From Phaeosaccion multiseriatum (taxonomy: Eukaryota > Protista > Ochrophyta, other classes): 64,000 bases of DNA. The stretch is taken from the NCBI GenBank assembly GCA_965112735.1, contig OZ218959.1, forward strand, positions 2,108,001-2,172,000, read 5' to 3'. Position numbers and translations under genes: made by a program. Below, piece by piece: positions 44,038-54,336 of the stretch. Under the pieces are notes generated by a model. That model was not told where the DNA came from and did not search any database. It worked only from the letters and a program-made list of their open reading frames with translations. The stretch's first letter is position 1. Each line of letters opens with the position of its first letter.

Positions 44038-45353
44038 AGGAGGGGGGGGGGAAACAGGAGGTGAAGGGCACGACGCGATGCGGCGAGTGCGAGCGGTGGT
44101 TCTCCATGACCAAAATTGCACAGCATGAGTGTCGCAATACGTGGGCGATGAAGGACATCGCCTGGCAGTACCTTGGGGATCAGCTGGACAAGGGTGCCTA
44201 GCTATGAAATGGTATAGCACACCCCCGCGATTTGACTGTACTCGGCAGCGCAGACGCATATGGGTACGAGGAGGAGGAGGAGCTGGCGGAAGGCTGGCTG
44301 GGCAAAGCGCAGACCACGGGGAGGGACTACCGGAAACTACTACGTCAAAGACTTTGACGAAGAGTTGGAACACTTCTATGGGATCGGAGCTTAATGGAGA
44401 AGCAAAGCCACCTAGCTACTTCGCTGCGAGCAGTAAAGCTGGCGGAAGCTATGTGGAAGACTTCGTTCTTGGCTTCCCTCATCCGGCTCACCCCCTCGTC
44501 TTGCTTCCTTCATACACATCTACAAATGGGCGGGTGAGGGTGTGGGTCTTATCCAAGTTGATAAAGACGGCGTGGCGGCGTGACAGTGATACCGAAGTAG
44601 TCCAAGATGCGGGAGCTCTTGCACCACAAGACGCTCGTCCTGCACACGATAGCCATACGGCTGATCGTGGCAAACTTCACCCACTTTGTGTTGCACCCTG
44701 TCTGGCCCCGAGACAGGGGGCAACACAAAGTGTGTGAAGTTTGCCACGATCAGCCGCATGGCTATCGTGTGCAGGACGAGCGTCTTGTGGTGCAAGAGCT
44801 CCCGCATCTTGGACTACTTCGGTATCACTGTCACGCCCCACACCGTCTTTATCAGCTTGGATAAGACCCACACCCTCACCCGCCCATTTGTAGATGTGTA
44901 TGAAGGAAGCAAGACGAGGGGGTGAGCCGGATGAGGGAAGCCAAGAACGAAGTCTTCCACATAGCTTCCGCCAGCTTTACTGCTCGCAACAAATTTGGTT
45001 GCTTCTCCATTAAGCTCCGATCTCATAGAAGTGTTCCAACTCAAAGTCTTTGACGTAGTCGTTTCCGGTAGTCCCTCCCCGTGGTCTGCGCTTTGCCCAG
45101 CCTTCCGCCAGCTCCTCCTCCTCCTCGTACCCACATGCGTCTGCGCTGCCGAGGACAGTCAAATCGCGGTGGTGTTCTACCATGTCAAAGGCACCCTTGT
45201 CCAGCTGATCCCCAAGGTACTGCCAGCCAGGCGATGTCCTTCATCGCCCACGTATTGCGACACTCATGCTGTGCAATTTTGGTCATGGGAGAACCACCGC
45301 TCGCACTCGCCGCATTGCGTCGTGCCCTTTACCTCCTGTTTCCCCCCCCTCCT
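44038..45353. repeat. Long inverted repeat (foldback), arms ~44038-44703 and ~44711-45353, 7-nt spacer
   Basis: Centre ...ttgcaccctgtct-ggccccg-agacagggggcaa... The inner ~280 bp differ at about 6 positions; the outer part has several short indels. The mirrored ORFs 44129-44737(+) and 44814-45134(-) share the same peptide. Confidence 0.97.
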
Positions 45354-46785
45354 CCTCCTCCTCCTCCTCCTCCTCCTCCTCCTCCTCCTCCTCCTCCTCC
45401 TCCTCCTCCTCCTCTTCACTCGAGCTGTCCTCCTCGCTGTCCTCCTCTTCACTGTCCAACAAAGAGGCATCGCATACGAGAACTCCTCTGTAACTTCTCA
45501 TCCAGGCATTCTGATGTCATGTAGTTCTGTGCAGCAACCGCTCTCTACCGAGTACCCGCCGTAAGATGCCATAAACCAACCCCAGAAATGAAGAGCGGCT
45601 CAGCTGCGCCCAGGCCTTTTCCACGCACATTACGTAGAAACGTGGTATATCGTAGTCGGAGAGGCCTTTCGCGCATAACAAGCAAGGCAACCTGCGCCAC
45701 AAGCCACTTTCCCTTAAAGCGTCTGCGCATGGTCCCCCACGGCACCACCTGAGTCGCTGCGGGGTGCGGCAAAGAAGAAAGGAACATAAGAGCGAGACGC
45801 ACTTCAGTTCAGCTCCCACCTTCATTCGTCTGTCAATAGTAGGAGAACATTTCTAGGAGCACCGATGGCCATGACAAGCGCGCTTAGAAGCGCAAACACA
45901 GAAGCACCAGTCAGTCAAAGGACAAGGCAACTTTCTCACCCGTTTGGAAGATGAAGAAGTCAACGGCCTGACGCACCAGCCACGCCCTCATCAAACTTCT
46001 GCCTGCGGTCTACCTTCCTTCTCCAGCTCAGAGCCCTGCTCCAAGCAAGACCCGCTTGTAGTCGCGCTTCGCCCTCTTGGCCACCGCTGGCGAAAAATCG
46101 AACATATCCTGCGAGCCTTTGCTCCCGTACGCATTTCGCTGCCCCCGCTTCGAGGCCGCGGCGAAGGGCGCTGCCGTATGGTGCCTTGACGATAGCGTGA
46201 GCCATTCACTCCTCAAGCCTTCTCGGTCGCAGCCTTTCGTTTCAAATAGCTTTGATGAGCGGATTCGGCCTCTTCCTTGCTGACCTTGTCGCCACCGTAG
46301 ATGAGACCAGCACAAAGAGTGATGCACCTCTTCATGACCCGGTCACAATCCTCACATACTCTGTCAGGATTCTTCACTTCTTGCACACCCTCTTCGGGGA
46401 AGAAGACGGCCCTTCGCGTAGCCTCCGAGGGGAAGGATGTTGGCTTGTCAAGCCCCATGTGGTGGAAAAGGGTGTCGATTGTAGCCCTCGAGTCACTCAA
46501 AGGCGCCTCTAGCATCTCCTTCTTCCAATCCGCCCGATCCGTCTCACGGTCCGCCGCATCATCAGTAGCAGATGCCGCAGCCACAGCATGGAAGAGCTCC
46601 CTAGCGCTATCGCTCGATGCTCTTCGAAGGTGTTGTCGCTCGACAGGCGTTCCGTCCGTCCTGGCGGGTCCTCGCCCACGAGATGCCCTTTTGTTTGGGC
46701 ACTCTTGAGTGTGGTGTGAATTGCAGCACCCACAGGTGGTGCAAGTTCGCGCCCTTTTACAGCCCACTGTGGGACAGGGCGGCAT
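44711..46785 (-). pseudogene. Decayed transposon-like gene (Cys/His-rich N-terminus, frameshifts and stops)
   Basis: Intronless coding-like fragments in shifting frames: CPTVGCKRARTCTTCGCCNSHHTQEC (46785-46700), AVAKRAKRDYKR, QVVPWGTMRRR, acidic tract, CGECERWF..H.C, LAEGWAKRRPRGG...YVKDF..LEHFY. Many in-frame stops. The family assignment is recalled resemblance to uncharacterised repetitive gene families, not a search result. Confidence 0.55.
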
Positions 46786-48330
46786 GCTGCGCTGCTGGCT
46801 GCTGGCTGCTGCCTGAGGCCTGCTGCTGCTATTGCTCCTGCCGGTGCTGCCTGTGGCTTGCTGCCGCTGCTGCTGGTGGTGGTGGTGGTGGTGGCGGTGG
46901 CGGTGGTGGTGCTGCTGCTGCTGCTGCCTGACTCCAGCTGCTACTTCTGCTGCTGTTGCTGCTGCTGCTCCCGCTGCTGTTGCTGTTGCTGCTGCCTGTT
47001 GCCTGCTGACAGGGGGCGTCGGTGTGCCTTTTGTGGGTCCTCGGGAATACCCTCAAATGGCCCCACACACCCTATCCCTCGTTCCGAGGGCTTCCCGGCG
47101 GCTTCTTGTGGTTTCCGAACCTGGTATCGGTAGCTATCCTGCTGCTGCTGCTGCTGCTGCTGCTGCGGCTGCTGCTTTCTCCTGAGAAGAGTGAGAAGGG
47201 GGCGGAAAGAGGGGGTGTAGTCAGTATTTGCCGGGGCAAAGACGGCATTTCCCCCCGCCCCCAGCACTTCCCACGCTCGCCCCCCCTTCCCCAGTCCCCA
47301 TTGCTTTGTAAATGCCGCGCCGCGCTCTTCTGCGGTGCAGTTTGTCATACCTTGTGCCCTTGGAGGGAGACGGAGAGGAGAAAAGCGGGGTGGGGAGGGC
47401 GAGTGGAAGGGCCAAAAAGATTCGCTTCCCACCGCTGCCGACGGCTCCTTATGGTTCCTTCACGTGATCTTGATAGTGATCTTGCAGATCTGTGGCGCGC
47501 AGCCACGGGAATGCTGCCGTTCTCTTGTGAGAGGTGGGGGGAGCCGGTTGAAGGATGGAGAGGAACTTTGGCTTCAACAAAGGTGGAAAAGTAGCCCCAC
47601 ACCGCCGCTTCCCGCGCCTTCCTGCGTGTCCGAGGCCTCCTACTGCTGTTACTGCTGTGCTGCTCTGCGGCGTGTAGCTGCTGCGGTGCCGGATGGTTTT
47701 TTATTTTTATTTGTTGTTTTTTTGGAAGAGGGCGGATATGGAGTGACCATCCATTGCCATCGGGGTGAACAGGAAGAGAGGGTGGCCCGGCGCGCTATCC
47801 ATTATTATCGGCCGGCGGCCGATAGCGCGCTATCGAGAATGCGGGCGATAGTGGATCAGGGGTTGAAAAGTAGGCTCGTGAAAGAGACGATTCATTCTTC
47901 TTATGCGTCCTTTGCAGGTTGAGCTTGGCTGTCGCAGCGACAGCAATGATCCTCCGTCTCTTTCTGATTCTCTCCTTTTCTCTATATCCCTTTTCCCTCC
48001 TCTTTCTAGAAAGCACTCTGCCGGAGGTGCCGTACAAAGTGAGAAAACTTCACGTACTCACTCATTCACTCACTAACGTACTCACTCACTCACTCACTCA
48101 CTCACTCATCCACCCATCCATTCACTCGATTCACTCACTTACACTCAATTCACTTAAGATTCATTTCAAAAGACTACAAGGCCATATACCAGCACAAAGG
48201 ACGCACAAAACATCACACAGCAACTCACAGACAACACTCCAATCGACACCGACCCCGATCTGACCTTGAGCCTCTGACTACACCCCTCTCCCCTCCTCCT
48301 CCAGTCACTCACAGTCACTCACAGTCACGC

Positions 48331-48361
<31 letters not shown>

Positions 48362-48577
48362 GTGCATCCAAAACATTCCATTTGATAACAAATATTGTAC
48401 CCGACGATCGACGTCGATACAACCCCCCCCCACACACACACACACACACCACACACAAACGCCCACACCAGACAGCCCGGTCCGTCCGCAGATTTGCATT
48501 CCGCAGTTCCCTGAATCCTTGCGGCCCTTCAACGCAGGCAGCCTCGAAAAGAACGAACACCATCGCACGCCCACTCC

Positions 48578-51060
48578 CTACCACACGACAGGCGTGTGCC
48601 ACATCCCCCCAGCACCTTCGCCCGCAGCCGCCGAAAAGGATGACACAGATGACGATGATGCCGCCGAGGAGATGGATGAGGACAACGACGAGGAGGATGA
48701 GGTGGAAGAGAGGATGATGTCCTTCTTGGCGGCCGCTCGCTGCTCCTCCGACAGGCAGCCCTTGTTGTATAGGTTGGCAACGCTCCTCAGGCGCTGTGCG
48801 GCGGGTGACAGGAAGACGCCGCCCTCCACGATGGTCCCTTCTCTCGCTCCTCCTCCTTCTCCTCCTCCTCCTCCTCCTTCTCCTTCTCCTCCTCCTGTGA
48901 AGAGTGCTCGGTGGTGACGTCGGTGTAGGCTGTGGTTGGTGTCGCTCCAACCGCCGCCGCCGCTACTCGAGCTCGTCTCGCTCCGCTGTCCGGTGGAGGC
49001 AGCCTCACCATCAACATGAACCTCAGCGTCAGTGTTGTCGCGGAAGAAGGCGCAGGCCATACCCTTGTCATCGCTGCTCCCTCCACTGCCATCTTCGACG
49101 CTGGTGGCGCCGCTCAGCCCGCTCATACTTCGAGTCCCTTCTTCGTTCTCCTCCAAGTCACCGCTGCCGCAGTCTAACTCAAAAAAGAGGTTGCTACGCT
49201 CTACAGGGTACCCGTATGGCTCTGTCTCTTCCGACCCCTGCGCTTCTCCCTCCCCCAGGCCGGACGGAGGCCCGATACCAAGCAAGAGACTGTCGATGCT
49301 CCACTGCCCTCCCTCCCCCTCTCCACCTTCCCCTCCTCCTCCTCCTCCTCCTCCCCCTCCGGCATTCTTCTTCTTCTTTATGGTCCTGCTCCAGCTCCGC
49401 CGCAAAGCTTCCGTGGTGTCGACTTCCCTGTCCCCGCCCCCGCCCATGGCCAGAAGCGCGGCGATTCCTCCTCCTCCTCCCCCTCCTCCTCCCTGCTCCT
49501 TGAGGAAGCTGGCCATGGTGCTGCTGCCGGTGCGGCTGTGACACCCCGGGGTTTTTCCCTGAGATTAAAAAGTAGCAGAGCATAGGATCGTAGCAAGGCG
49601 GTGGGTGGGGGAGAGGAGGCGCGGGGAGGGAGAAGAGAGAAGGCCTCGTTAGTAAGGGGTAGGGTGTTCTTCCTCCCCGGGCTAAAGAGGCACGAGAGCA
49701 GACGCCATCCAAGTACCCACACACATCGCCGCTCCCAACCCCCCTCTGACTCTCTTCACTCTCATCTCTCTCCCCTTACCACACAGCCCTCTCCAACCAC
49801 AACCAATGACAACTCAGGACTACAATGACGAACCTTGGGCGTGAGCAACACGTACTCGGCCACCTTGTAGCTAATGTCCTCCTCAATGTCGCTCGCCAAC
49901 GACTGGATGCTCGCGCAGCGCTTCAGGTCGGCGGGTGTGTACGTACTCAACGTCCGGGACAGCAATTGGCGCCTCTTCTTCTCCTCCGGAGTGTGTCCTG
50001 CCCGGAAGGCGAGAGCCACAGCAGGGTCCGCCCCGAAGCCATTGCGACTGAGCTGCGAAGGGGTGCCACTGCCCGCTCCCTGCTGCTCCTGCTGCCTCCC
50101 CCGTCGATGCTGCTGCTGAGGCTGCTGCTGCTCGCTAAACGAAGGCGGCGCCAGGGGGGACGATGCGAAGCTCTGGGGCACGAATTCGGCCACGTCCGGC
50201 ATGATTTGCCCGTTGCTCGTCGAGCCTCGGACTGGGTACGCCGATGGCTCGAGCTGCTCTTGTTGCGGCTCATGACAGCACCCCTCCGACCCCACATCAC
50301 CACCACCACAACCACCAGCTGCACTGCCACTGCTATTGCCATTGCCATTGTTGTTGTTGTTACTGTTGTTGCCACTCCTCTTGAGAGACACCAAGGGCGG
50401 CCGCACCGGAGACGTACTCACTCCTCCGTGCCGACCCATACGGTCCCCACCCCTGGGCCGCGGGGAGGCGCTGCGCACACGCACACTTCGCTGCGGCATG
50501 CGAAGGCCTGCAGGGGAAGGACTCCGGCTGTTGGCCCTGCTGCTCGCCCTCGAGTCCCCGCTTCCCCCTTGCCCGAAGTGCTTCACCCCCTCCTTGGCCA
50601 GCCTCAGCTTCGTCAGCTCCTTGAGCTCACCCACCGTCAGGCCGTGCGGCATCGGACGAGGAGCGGCAGTCGAGACTCTTGTTTCTCCTCCTGCTGCTGC
50701 TGCTGGTGGTGGTTGTGATGGTGCTGCTTCGCTGGATCCTGCACGATTGGCCTCTGCTGCCGCTGCTACTACTCCTGCACCCTCTCCTCCGGTCGTGATG
50801 GGGGACATATTCCCAGCGTGTCCTGACGCAGCCATTTGCGGCTTCTGCTGCTGCGGATGGACGTGCAACCCAGGCGGAGGGCTCAGCCGTGGGGAGTGCT
50901 GCTGTGAAGGTGGCGGCGGGGAGTGATGCCGGCCCCTGCCTCCACTCTGCCACCCCTGCCCCGTCGACATGCGAAGACGCGTCATGTTCTTGAGCTCCGC
51001 CACGGAGATGCCTCCCCCCGCTCCTCCTCCGCCCCCCCCCGGCGCTGCGGTCGTCGACAT
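48578..51060 (-). CDS. Low-complexity protein (~735 aa) with a PAM2-like motif, two copies of a [IL][ST]VxELKxxTxLR motif and a C-terminal SHOCT-like helix pair
   Basis: Exons 51060-49834 and 49558-48578 (phase 0, 2,208 nt). IMPDVAEFVPQS (PAM2-like); GISVAELKNMTRLRM and HGLTVGELKELTKLRL; QRLRSVANLYNKGCLSEEQRAAAKKDII (SHOCT-like). Confidence 0.75.
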
Positions 51061-51417
51061 CGAGGTTCTCGATGGAATTAGGCAATCCGGCCGAATGTTT
51101 GCTAAATCCACCAACCGTCCCTAGGTCAATGTGTGTAGGGGGAGTGTTAGAGGGACGAAAGGGTTACAGTAGCATGAAGACGTATTCCTCCATTCTCTCT
51201 ATGGTGTCTGCTTTCTCTGCTCGCTGCTTGTGTGAAGAGGCGGATTTAATTACGTGTATTGGACAATATCCCTCGCAGGAATTACGCGCGCACAAGATAA
51301 GTCAATGGTGAAAGTTTCCGTTTCAGTTTCTTTTCCTCTCTTCTCTTTCCTTCTCTCTGTCTCTCTCTCGTTGGCTTGACTCTTCCGTGTGAGGGTGTTA
51401 GGAATCGTTTGCCTAAC
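51061..51417. promoter_or_regulatory. Probable bidirectional promoter region
   Basis: ~360 bp, lower in GC, between two divergently oriented ATGs (51060 on -, 51418 on +). No specific element identified. Confidence 0.4.
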
Positions 51418-51768
51418 ATGAAGTCTTGCGCAGTGGCAGCAGCGGTAGGAGTGGTGGTGTGTGGATCGGGTATCGCCTCTGCCTTTGTGGTTCCCCTTTC
51501 CAAAGCATCCTCAACAGCACGCCCAACTACTAGAAGGGATGCGATCAAGAGACAGATGGAGCTTCAAGACCCGTCCTTACACTTTGGGAAGGGGGGTGGT
51601 CCGGCCGACAGCTTCTTCTCCCTGGGGGACGAGGATGACGATGAGGACATGCTCGCCAGGATAGAGCGCCAGCAGAAGGAAGCGGCGCTGAAGAAAGCGA
51701 AGGCGCGGAAGGAGGAGGAAGAAGAGGCGGAGGACCAGAGCAGCAGCAATAAGGAGGGCAAGAAGTGA
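51418..51768 (+). CDS. Small plastid-targeted protein (116 aa precursor), unknown function
   Basis: Signal peptide ending ASA|FVVP (ASAFAP-type motif), followed by an S/T/R-rich transit peptide and a highly charged, coiled-coil-like mature part. Intronless. Confidence 0.7.
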   Translation: MKSCAVAAAVGVVVCGSGIASAFVVPLSKASSTARPTTRRDAIKRQMELQDPSLHFGKGGGPADSFFSLGDEDDDEDMLARIERQQKEAALKKAKARKEEEEEAEDQSSSNKEGKK

Positions 51769-52568
51769 AGTGGATCGCGAGGAGGCAACTTGGGCAGCCG
51801 GCATATTTCGTGCGTTGGGCCTCTTTGAAGCCGTGGAGAGGCTCCTGTGGAGATAAATGGGCGAGGGACGGTCACTGCTGCTGGGCGCCTATATGACGAG
51901 CAGCCGAATGATGGGCCATGTACGTATATATGTACCAGTGGGGAGGTCGGAGGACGGGCCTCTCAGTGGAAGGGGAAAAGAAGGGAGAGCGTACATGCGC
52001 TTGGCCTACAGAATACATAGATGGACAGGTCTATAGAGACTATGTTCATACCGGAGGGTCGCCGCCCTTTGTGCTGTACTTCTGCCCATCTCTGGTGAAA
52101 AGCGCCGAAATAGAGCACTCAACTCGCTGCAGCGTAGCGCACAGCCAGCTGCTTCTGAACCTGGGCACCAAATACAGCACGTCTCAATGGATTTGGATCT
52201 GCTTTCTGTGTACCTCTCTATTCGATGGTTCTGAAGGGTTTACGGGATCTTACCCAGTGTGGCTGGGCGCGGTAGCGTTCCAAATAGCTGTATTCGCTTC
52301 TGCATGCCTCCACACGCGCATACCCTCCGCAAACAGACGCTCCTCGGGTCCTCTGGTTCCATCTCTTCCCACCTTCCTTGAGGTGCCATCTGGCCCGCAC
52401 TGCCCCGCGGGGAGACATTGTCTGGAGAGGACATTAAGGGGGCGTCCCTCCCCACGGTGGCCGCCTACCCGTGTTGATCCTAAGACTGACAGCCCCGCAA
52501 AGTGCTTGTCGCGCGGGTACAACGCAAGGTAGAGCTCCGTTTCCTTTCGGAACACACCCTGAGTCTCC

Positions 52569-53123
52569 TCAGACCGAGGTGTCAAGCTCAAAGAAGACCT
52601 CGTCTGGCTGCTGGTCTTGGTTGGAAGAAGCGACGAATCCGCTCTTCTCCAAAACGCGCCGAGAGGCCACGTTATCCCGGGCCACACCGCCCGTCAGCGA
52701 GCACACTCGCTCGTTCGACCGACTCCATGCTACGAGCCCTCGGATCAGCTCACTACCAAATCCCTTGGACCAGCTCGAGGGGTGGAGCAAGTAGCCAATT
52801 CGCAGGTGCAGGTGTGTGGTTGGTTCGTCGCCATCATCATCTGCGAACAAAAAAAGTAATCCTATCGGGGTTTGTTTCGCCACATCCACGACCAAGACCG
52901 CCTCGCACGCCTCGTCCAGCTCTTGCACCCAGCGTTGCGCGCGCGGGAAGTCGAAGGGGCCTTGCCAGCCCGGCGGCAGATACGTTGTCACCTCGGGCAG
53001 CATTAAATTCACTACTTCCCCTGCGAAATTGTCCTTTGCACCCTCCTCGCCAGCTCCAGCGTAGTAGAGCGCCCACGGCTCCACACGTAGTCGGGGTGTT
53101 GAAAACCGGCACTCAAGCCCCAT
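52569..53123 (-). CDS. GNAT family N-acetyltransferase, RimJ/RimL-like (184 aa), intronless
   Basis: FSTPRLRV start, IGYLLHPSSWSKGFGSEL (acetyl-CoA-binding motif A) and DNVASRRVLEKSGF (motif B). ATG at 53123. Confidence 0.88.
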   Translation of the reverse strand: MGLECRFSTPRLRVEPWALYYAGAGEEGAKDNFAGEVVNLMLPEVTTYLPPGWQGPFDFPRAQRWVQELDEACEAVLVVDVAKQTPIGLLFLFADDDGDEPTTHLHLRIGYLLHPSSWSKGFGSELIRGLVAWSRSNERVCSLTGGVARDNVASRRVLEKSGFVASSNQDQQPDEVFFELDTSV

Positions 53124-53482
53124 GATTAAGGGATGTGCATGTATCGGTAGGAGCCGCTCGCCACAAAATGGGAAATGGAGGTCTCCTCTGGCTCCGGCAG
53201 GCGAGATTGGATTAGATTCCCGCAAAAGCACAGGGCTTCAGCACTCGCTTTAGAGTTCCAAGTATGGGGAGCAGTGGGACATGCCGCTCTGCGGCTGCTA
53301 CTCCTCGTACAGGGATGCAAATCCGTGGGGTTGAAGATCGAAGACACGGCTGGGCGGCGCGGGGGAAAGCAAGTTGGGCAAGGACAAGCGCCCCTGGTAA
53401 CAGATGGCATCCGAGCACCAACACACGAACTTCACCCACCGCTCCATCGCTCCACGTTGATTATCAGCTGAGCTTGTCGCCC
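53124..53482. promoter_or_regulatory. Probable bidirectional promoter region (GNAT / patatin)
   Basis: ~360 bp between divergent start codons. Positional inference only. Confidence 0.35.
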
Positions 53483-54290
53483 ATGCGTGTCGGTAGCTCC
53501 CTGGTGATTGCTGTGGTCCTATCGGAGAGATGCAGTCACGTCGCTGCGTTTATTGGAGTCCCTCAGCTTTCCTTGTCGGAAGGACAATTGGGGAGGAGCG
53601 GAGGGGGAGGGGCGGCCACGCTCCTTCGTTCCACAGCAGTGGCGCAGCAGCAGGGGGAGCAGAAGAAGCAGGAGCAAGATGATGGAGGCACGCAGGGTGG
53701 GGGTGGCGAGAAGGCTACCCTTGGTTTTTCCTTCACTCCTGGGGGACTGCTCTTCCCATACAGGTACGATCGTGCTGCGTAGTCCGCTCTCCCACCCAAG
53801 ATACTTGCTCTCTTCTCTTCCCCCCTCCCTTTAGAATATTTTATTTCCGTGCATCACCCTCTTCTGCTTCCATGCTGCTGCTGGTCTGCCTGCACAGTCT
53901 CGGGGTCGCCAAGGCACTTCAGGAGAAGGAGCTTCTCACTGAAAGGACGCCCATCGCTGGAGCATCGGCAGGAGCACTTGCATGCAGCGTGGTACGGAGG
54001 GATAGGCTCCCGTATACGTCGAGAATAGTTTGAGAGAGAACAGAGCCCCCCCCACCCCCCCTCCCCCCTTCACCCCTCCCTTTGACTACTGCTTTCTACT
54101 GACCTCTCTCCTCCACTCTGCTGCCTGGTGTCAGGTGGGGTGCGATTTGGATATGATGGAGGTGTTGAAGGCGACAGAGGGCCTCTTAGACGACTGCAGG
54201 GAGTTCGGCACCGCCCTGCGGCTCAGGTCAGTACTTTGCACGTATCTGCCTTCCCTTGCATTCAACTGCGCGTCAACCATGGAATGAGCG

Positions 54291-54336
<46 letters not shown>

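Noticed and set aside
44129-45564. ORFs 44129-44737, 44607-44864 and 44995-45564 as functional genes
   Set aside because: They are mirror-image or shifted frames of the foldback pseudogene. The protein-like motifs are broken by indels and stops.
44190-46260. In-frame TAA/TAG/TGA as evidence of stop-codon reassignment
   Set aside because: The stops co-occur with frameshifts only in the relic element. Intact genes end in TAG, TAA and TGA and have no internal stops.
39351-51060. PAT1, hairpin locus and PAM2-like protein as an mRNA-silencing gene cluster
   Set aside because: Only proximity supports it. Functional clustering is not expected here and no shared regulation is visible; synteny data would be needed.
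51918-53125. Plus-strand ORFs 51918-52532 and 52502-53125
   Set aside because: No recognisable motifs. They overlap the GNAT antisense strand or its downstream region.
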